DNA from: Methanothermobacter thermautotrophicus str. Delta H
GTDB lineage: Archaea > Methanobacteriota > Methanobacteria > Methanobacteriales > Methanothermobacteraceae
DNA length: 32,000 nucleotides
NCBI RefSeq assembly: GCF_000008645.1
Contig: NC_000916.1
Coordinates: 840,001-872,000 of the forward strand
Direction: 5' to 3'
This document shows positions 26,493-32,000 of the stretch, piece by piece (position 1 is the stretch's first letter; every line of letters starts with the position of its first letter). The notes under the pieces were generated by a model that saw only the letters and a program-made list of their open reading frames with translations, ran no database searches and was not told the DNA's origin. A program made the translations under genes and the position numbers.

Positions 26493-26918
26493 TTGATGGA
26501 TCCTGAGGACTATCACAGGATTCTCACTGAACTTGCAGACTTCCGGGATCTTGACACGTCCACGATAGCCTCCCTAAGGAGTTCCCTGGTGGAACTGAAG
26601 GATAGAAGGGACCAGCTCCTTGAGATCAGAAAGAACCTGAAGAGGGATATCAGGGGCGTTGAGAGATACTACCTTGAGCGGATGGCCGAGGTAAGGAATG
26701 ATGTTGAGGAGCTGAGGGAGGGCTCATCAAGACTCAGAAGGATCATTTCAGGTAACCCCGCCACTGCCCAGGCCAGGGCCATGAAACAGCTGAAGATGAA
26801 CCGTGAAGCACTGGTGGAAACCTACCGGGACCTCCTGGAGTACACAGAGGAACTCACCGAGCACATTGAGGACCTGATGATTGAACTCTATGAGGAAATG
26901 AAAGGCTTCCTGGGATAA
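26493..26918 (+). CDS. Hypothetical coiled-coil protein
   Basis: 141 aa, strongly charged and helical; SD GGGGTGAT upstream; follows the 26151 gene by 9 nt. Confidence 0.7.
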   Translation: MMDPEDYHRILTELADFRDLDTSTIASLRSSLVELKDRRDQLLEIRKNLKRDIRGVERYYLERMAEVRNDVEELREGSSRLRRIISGNPATAQARAMKQLKMNREALVETYRDLLEYTEELTEHIEDLMIELYEEMKGFLG

Positions 26919-27136
26919 ACCATTTCTGGAAGAAAGGCCTCAGGATTCATGGGACTCCATCCAGAGAATGGAATTATCTGCACGGCCCAGTATACGAATG
27001 GTACGTTTAACACGACGAAATCTATTCCCTATGCCGAATCCGGATAAGTGTAGTGAAGTGAAAGAAAAATCAGGGGTCACTCATCACATAAAACATTCCC
27101 TGAGCGTGGGAACTGGAGCAACTTTAAAAATAAATA

Positions 27137-27523
27137 TTAGTGGGTTAATTCAACCGGTAGAATTATGAGGACACCCAGGAGGTCGTTCCTGCTGATTTTC
27201 CCGTCTGCAGCAGCTACGAAGGTGGCATGGTCTGCCTTACGGTCCATGCTTATGGGTAGGGGTGTCTCCTCCCCTGCAGCTATCGGATGACCCAGGGGGT
27301 TCGTGGCGTAGGCACACATGAAGACTATGTGGTTTGCCGGTATACTGACCTCCTTGATCTTAACCGGCTTTGCCTCGCCGGCCCTGACCTCAACGTCCTC
27401 GTCTGCAATGATGGCCCTGAGGTTCCCGTAGACCTCACCCATCCTGAAGTCCACGAGTTCCCGCCTGTATTTCTCCTCGGCCTCGCGGACCTGGCCGAGC
27501 CTTGTGAGTATCCTAACCATCAC
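27137..27523 (-). CDS. DUF22 domain-containing protein
   Basis: [59 protein letters not shown]...; 4-nt overlap with the atpD stop. Confidence 0.72.
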
Positions 27524-28161
27524 TCCATCTCCATGGATTTTTTGATCATCTTCAACCTGACGAAGTTCTCCCTCTCCATCTCCTCGAGCCTCATCTCAAT
27601 GTACTTGACGGTGTTCTTGAGCCTCGGGATTATGATGTGTTCGAGGGCGTTAACCCTTCGCTTGGTTGATTCTATCTCACCGGCGAGAAGCCTTATGGTC
27701 TTCTCGATCTCACCGAGTTCTATTATGAGTGCCAGGGACTCCTCGAATTTTCTGGCTGCCTCGTCGAGTTTTACTGATGTGTCCACAAGGCCGTATCCAC
27801 GTTCAACCACGGTCCTCTGGGTTGCCCGGGCATCGACCACCGGTACAACGACACCCATTATACTCCTTGAGTCTATGTCGACCTCCACGGACTCCCTCAC
27901 AGACATTGCAGCCCTCTCAACTGCAGTGTCGCCCATGAGTACCTGGGCCTCTGTGAGGTCAGAGAAGGCCTCCTTGAGGTGCTCCTCCACCTTTTCACGG
28001 GAACCCTTAACCCTCTCAAGGATGTTGAAGAACTCCATGATAAGGGCGTTCCTCTTCTCCTTGAGGAGACTGTAACCCTTGACAGCGAGTTTCTCACGCT
28101 GCTTGAGTTTCAGGAGCTCCATCCTTGTGGGGTTGATCCCCTCAATCATTTCCTGTGCCAT
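27520..28161 (-). CDS. atpD: A-type ATP synthase subunit D
   Basis: [36 protein letters not shown]...[33 protein letters not shown]. Confidence 0.95.
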
Positions 28162-28196
28162 TGGCTAACTCTCCTGAAAAAGGATGTTGGGGGTGG

Positions 28197-29588
28197 TTAT
28201 TCGGCACCCGGGAGGTACTTGGGTATGTGCTCCTCGCGGACCCTCTTGAGTTCGGACCTCGGGAGGAGTGATAGCAGTTCCCATCCGAGGTTGAGGGTCT
28301 CCTCTATGGAGCGGTCCTCGTCACGTGCCTGGGTGATGAAGCGTTTCTCAAATTCATCAGCGAATTTTAGGAACTTGCGGTCCCTCTCTGTGAGGGCCTC
28401 CTCACCCACAACCGCCATGAGGTCCCTGAGGTCACGTCCCTCGGCGTAGGCACTGTATAGCTGGTCTGAGACACCGCTGTGGTCCTCACGTGTCCTTCCC
28501 TCACCGATACCACCACTCATGAGCCTGGAGAGTGATGGGAGCACGTCCACCGGTGGGTATATACCCTTACGGTGGAGGTCACGGCTCAGCACTATCTGGC
28601 CCTCGGTGATGTAACCTGTCAGGTCAGGTATGGGGTGTGTGATGTCGTCCTGTGGCATCACCAGTATGGGCATCTGTGTGATTGACCCCTCCTTGCCGAC
28701 TATACGCCCTGCCCTCTCATAGAGGCTTGCAAGGTCAGTGTACATGTACCCCGGGTAACCCCTTCGTCCCGGGACCTCCTCCCTTGCAGCTGAGATCTCC
28801 CTTAGGGCCTCACAGTAGTTTGTGAGGTCTGTGAGTATGACCAGGACGTGCATGTCGTGCTCGAAGGCAAAGTACTCTGCTGTTGTGAGGGCCATCCTCG
28901 GGGTGATGATACGCTCAATGGCAGGGTCGTCTGCCAGGTTCATGAAGACCGTAACACGCTCAAGGGCCCCTGTCCTCTCGAAGTCCCTCATGAAGTAGTT
29001 TGCCTCTTCGTGGGTGATACCCATGGCCGCGAAGATAACCGCGAATTCGCTCTCCTCTGCAAGCACCTTGGCCTGCCTTGCGATCTGGGCTGCCAGTTCG
29101 TTGTGTGGAAGCCCTGAACCTGAGAATATAGGCAGCTTCTGACCCCTCACCAGGGTGTTCATCCCGTCAATGGTTGATATACCGGTCTGTATGAACTCGG
29201 CAGGGAACTCCCTTGCAGCGGGGTTCATGGGGCTACCGTTGATGTCGAGCTCCTTCTCGGGTATGATCTCAGGGCCACCGTCTATGGGTTTACCTGTACC
29301 GTCGAATATTCGGCCCATCATGTCCAGGGATACGCCGATCTTCGCTGTTTCACCTGTGAACCTTATCTTTGTTGTCTCTGTGTTGAGGTCACTGGTACCC
29401 TCAAAGACCTGTACGACTGCAAGGTCCTCCCTGACTTCCAGTACCTGTCCCCTTCTCTTCTCACCTGTGGGTGTTTCAATCTCCACTATCTCACTGTAGG
29501 CAACCCCTTCAACACCCTCAACGATCATTAGAGGACCTGAGACCTCTGTGACGGTGGTGTATTCACGGGTTTTGATGTTAACGTTCAT
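28197..29588 (-). CDS. atpB: A-type ATP synthase subunit B
   Basis: [20 protein letters not shown]...[25 protein letters not shown]...[19 protein letters not shown]; start at ATG 29588 after SD GAGGTG. Confidence 0.97.
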   Translation of the reverse strand: MNVNIKTREYTTVTEVSGPLMIVEGVEGVAYSEIVEIETPTGEKRRGQVLEVREDLAVVQVFEGTSDLNTETTKIRFTGETAKIGVSLDMMGRIFDGTGKPIDGGPEIIPEKELDINGSPMNPAAREFPAEFIQTGISTIDGMNTLVRGQKLPIFSGSGLPHNELAAQIARQAKVLAEESEFAVIFAAMGITHEEANYFMRDFERTGALERVTVFMNLADDPAIERIITPRMALTTAEYFAFEHDMHVLVILTDLTNYCEALREISAAREEVPGRRGYPGYMYTDLASLYERAGRIVGKEGSITQMPILVMPQDDITHPIPDLTGYITEGQIVLSRDLHRKGIYPPVDVLPSLSRLMSGGIGEGRTREDHSGVSDQLYSAYAEGRDLRDLMAVVGEEALTERDRKFLKFADEFEKRFITQARDEDRSIEETLNLGWELLSLLPRSELKRVREEHIPKYLPGAE

Positions 29589-29590
29589 CT

Positions 29591-31345
29591 TCACACCTCA
29601 CTACATTCCTTGACGATCCTTTCCTGGATCTCCTTGATCCTTGCAGGGAATTCCTCTTCAGGTATGTACTTCATACGCCCGATATCCTCCTTAACAGGGA
29701 GGGATATTATGTCAGCTGCAGGTGCGCCCTTCTCAAGGGCCGCTGTTGCGTTCCTGTGGAACATTATGATTGTCCTGAGCATCTCGAACTGCTTTGATGG
29801 TGAGCAGTAGGTGTCCACCTCATGGTAGGCGTTCTGCTGGAGGAAGTCCTCCCTTATCATCCTGGTTGTCTCCAGGGTTATCCTCTCCCTGTCTGGAAGT
29901 GCGTCGGGTCCGACGAGCTGGACTATCTCCTGGAGCTCTGCCTCCTTCTGGAGGAGGGCCATTGCCTCGTCCCTAAATTTCCTCCATTCAGGGTCCACGT
30001 TGCTGGCCCACCATTCCTGGACACTGTCAATGTAGAGTGAGTAGCTCTGGAGCCAGTCAATGGAAGGGAAGTGACGCTTGTCTGCCAGTGATGCGTCCAG
30101 GGCCCAGAACACCTTACATATCCTTAGGGTGTTCTGTGTGACGGGCTCTGAGAGGTCCCCACCTGGTGGTGAAACCGCACCCACAACTGATACTGAGGCT
30201 ATCTTATCCTCTGATCCAATGGTTGTGACCCTTCCTGCACGCTCATAGAACTGTGCGAGCCTTGATGCGAGGTATGCAGGGTATCCCTCTTCACCTGGCA
30301 TCTCCTCCAGCCTTCCTGAGATCTCCCTCATTGCCTCGGCCCACCTTGAGGTTGAGTCTGCCATGAGGGCGACGTCGTAGCCCATGTCCCTGAAGTACTC
30401 TGCTATGGTTATACCTGTGTACACACAGGCTTCCCTTGCAGCCACAGGCATGTTTGAAGTGTTTGCTATGAGCACGGTCCTGTCCATGAGGGGGTTACCT
30501 GTCTTGGGGTCCTCGAGTTCAGGGAACTCCTTGAGGACCTCGGTCATCTCGTTACCCCTCTCACCGCATCCAACATAGACGATTATGTCTGCGTCAGCCC
30601 ACTTTGCGAGCTGCTGCTGGGTAACCGTTTTACCTGAACCGAAGGGTCCCGGTATGGCTGCTGTACCTCCCTTGGCGACTGAGAAGAATGTGTCCTGCGC
30701 CCTCTGACCTGTTACGAGGGGGACGTCAGGGTCGAGTTTCTTCTTGTAGGGTCGGCCCTTCCTGACAGGCCACTTCTGGAGCATCTGGATCTTTTCTGTT
30801 CCGCTCTCGGTTTCAACCTCAGCTATATCATCAAGGACGGTGTATTCGCCCTGGGGGGCTATCATTGTGAGTTTACCTTCAACGTTTGGTGGGATCATTA
30901 TCCTGTGGGTTATTGAGGATGTCTCCTCAACCTCACCGATTATGTCCCCTCCCTTAACCATCTGGCCCTCCCGGGCTGTGGGCTTGAAGGTCCATTTCTT
31001 ATCCTTTGGGAGGGATGGTACGTCCACTCCCCTCTCTATGTAGTCTCCGGTGAGTGCCTTGATGTTCTCGAGGGGTCTCTGGATACCGTCGAAGATTGAA
31101 CCCAGTATTCCAGGTCCCAGTTCCACTGATAGTGGACCGCCTGTTCTTTCAACGGTCTCTCCAGGCTTTATGCCTGCGGTTTCCTCGTAGACCTGGATTG
31201 TTGCTGTGTCACCCTCAAGTTCAATGATCTCTCCTATGAGCTTGTCTTCACCCACCTTAACCATTTCATACATCTGGGATCCTCTCATCCCCTCGGCGAT
31301 GATAACAGGACCCGCTATTTTTATAATCCTTCCTTCCTGTGTCAT
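29591..31345 (-). CDS. atpA: A-type ATP synthase subunit A
   Basis: 584 aa; Walker [40 protein letters not shown]; no intein in the P-loop. Confidence 0.98.
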   Translation of the reverse strand: MTQEGRIIKIAGPVIIAEGMRGSQMYEMVKVGEDKLIGEIIELEGDTATIQVYEETAGIKPGETVERTGGPLSVELGPGILGSIFDGIQRPLENIKALTGDYIERGVDVPSLPKDKKWTFKPTAREGQMVKGGDIIGEVEETSSITHRIMIPPNVEGKLTMIAPQGEYTVLDDIAEVETESGTEKIQMLQKWPVRKGRPYKKKLDPDVPLVTGQRAQDTFFSVAKGGTAAIPGPFGSGKTVTQQQLAKWADADIIVYVGCGERGNEMTEVLKEFPELEDPKTGNPLMDRTVLIANTSNMPVAAREACVYTGITIAEYFRDMGYDVALMADSTSRWAEAMREISGRLEEMPGEEGYPAYLASRLAQFYERAGRVTTIGSEDKIASVSVVGAVSPPGGDLSEPVTQNTLRICKVFWALDASLADKRHFPSIDWLQSYSLYIDSVQEWWASNVDPEWRKFRDEAMALLQKEAELQEIVQLVGPDALPDRERITLETTRMIREDFLQQNAYHEVDTYCSPSKQFEMLRTIIMFHRNATAALEKGAPAADIISLPVKEDIGRMKYIPEEEFPARIKEIQERIVKECSEV

Positions 31346-31662
31346 TTTACCATCTCAACCCCAATAACTCTTTTAATAAGGTCCCTCAGTGGATCTGTTT
31401 CACGTTCTGAGGGGCCTGTCTTGTCTGGTATCTCTATTATCATTGGCAATGCGCTTGAACTTGTGGTTTCCTCTATAAATTCCCTCAGTTCATCACCAAT
31501 CTTTTCTGTGACGATTATTATGGAGAAGCCATCACGTATAAGGTTCCTTATGGTTTCCTCTGCCTCGTCAGGTGTTTCAACCACGTAGCCTTCCCTGACG
31601 CCTCCGAGTCTGAACCCTGTTACAGTGTCCCTGTCACCAACCACTGCAATATTTGAACTCAT
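31342..31662 (-). CDS. atpF: A-type ATP synthase subunit F
   Basis: [65 protein letters not shown]. Confidence 0.94.
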   Translation of the reverse strand: MSSNIAVVGDRDTVTGFRLGGVREGYVVETPDEAEETIRNLIRDGFSIIIVTEKIGDELREFIEETTSSSALPMIIEIPDKTGPSERETDPLRDLIKRVIGVEMVK

Positions 31663-32000
31663 GCTAACATCTCCTTAACCATTGCTTCAGGGAAGCCTGG
31701 CTCCCTCTTGCTCCTTGCTATGACCTTGAGGTTCTTCACCTCAACCTCCTTCCTGCTGAGGAATCCGATCATTGGCCCGACACCGAAGGGCTTCTTGAGT
31801 GCGAAGTTCCTTGCCATCCTGTTGAGGTTGTCCTCAAGGACGCGTTCGAATACAGCCACTGAACCCGTTGATGTGTACTCTGAGAGGGCCTCTGATAGCA
31901 TCTGACCGTAGTCTGTACCCTCAAGGCCGCTTACAACTCCACTGACATCCTCTGATTCCATGAGGTCCTTGAGCTTCCATTCCCTGATCTGGTAACCGTG
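31659..32000 (-). CDS. atpC: A-type ATP synthase subunit C, partial (runs off the window)
   Basis: Frame open to the edge: HGYQIREWKLKDLMESEDVSG...VLEDNLNRMARNFALKKPFGVGPMIGFLSRKEVEVKNLKVIARSKREGF-like C-terminus. Confidence 0.93.
   Translation of the reverse strand, partial: HGYQIREWKLKDLMESEDVSGVVSGLEGTDYGQMLSEALSEYTSTGSVAVFERVLEDNLNRMARNFALKKPFGVGPMIGFLSRKEVEVKNLKVIARSKREPGFPEAMVKEMLA

Noticed and set aside
26968-27168. 66-aa plus-strand ORF MELSARPSIRMVRLTRRN...
   Set aside because: No recognised family, weak start context and overlap with the DUF22 gene; kept only as part of an unexplained intergenic region.
27287-28075. 262-aa plus-strand ORF
   Set aside because: Antisense to DUF22 and atpD; composition is that of an antisense shadow.

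Overview
Archaeal chromosomal window, almost certainly from a Methanothermobacter-like methanogen (inferred from an archaeal-type PEP carboxylase, an Mth938-family protein, UPF0216 and DUF22 proteins, and the A-type ATP synthase genes C-F-A-B-D). No CRISPR array, IS element or phage module is visible. From left to right: (i) a tight minus-strand metal/redox cluster with two DUF4213/DUF364-type genes (one frameshifted and cut by the window edge), a ModA-like binding protein, an eight-motif polyferredoxin, a small ferredoxin and a 1666-aa CobN-like chelatase large subunit that carries a signal peptide, a surface-type N-terminal region and a C-terminal TM anchor; (ii) an EEP-family protein, a frameshifted membrane-protein gene plus MarR regulator behind paired palindromes, a nitroreductase, an AhpD-like protein and a DtxR-like regulator; (iii) a type I restriction-modification operon hsdM-hsdS-hsdR plus a YgjP-like metallopeptidase; (iv) PEP carboxylase followed by a clear heliorhodopsin gene; (v) two tRNA-Gln genes, an ATP-grasp protein, an unannotated 49-aa membrane protein, UPF0216, and the A-type ATPase genes. 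The strongest items for follow-up are the heliorhodopsin in a presumed anaerobic thermophile, the extracytoplasmic CobN/polyferredoxin/ModA/DUF364 cluster, and two separate 30-bp perfect direct duplications at gene termini.
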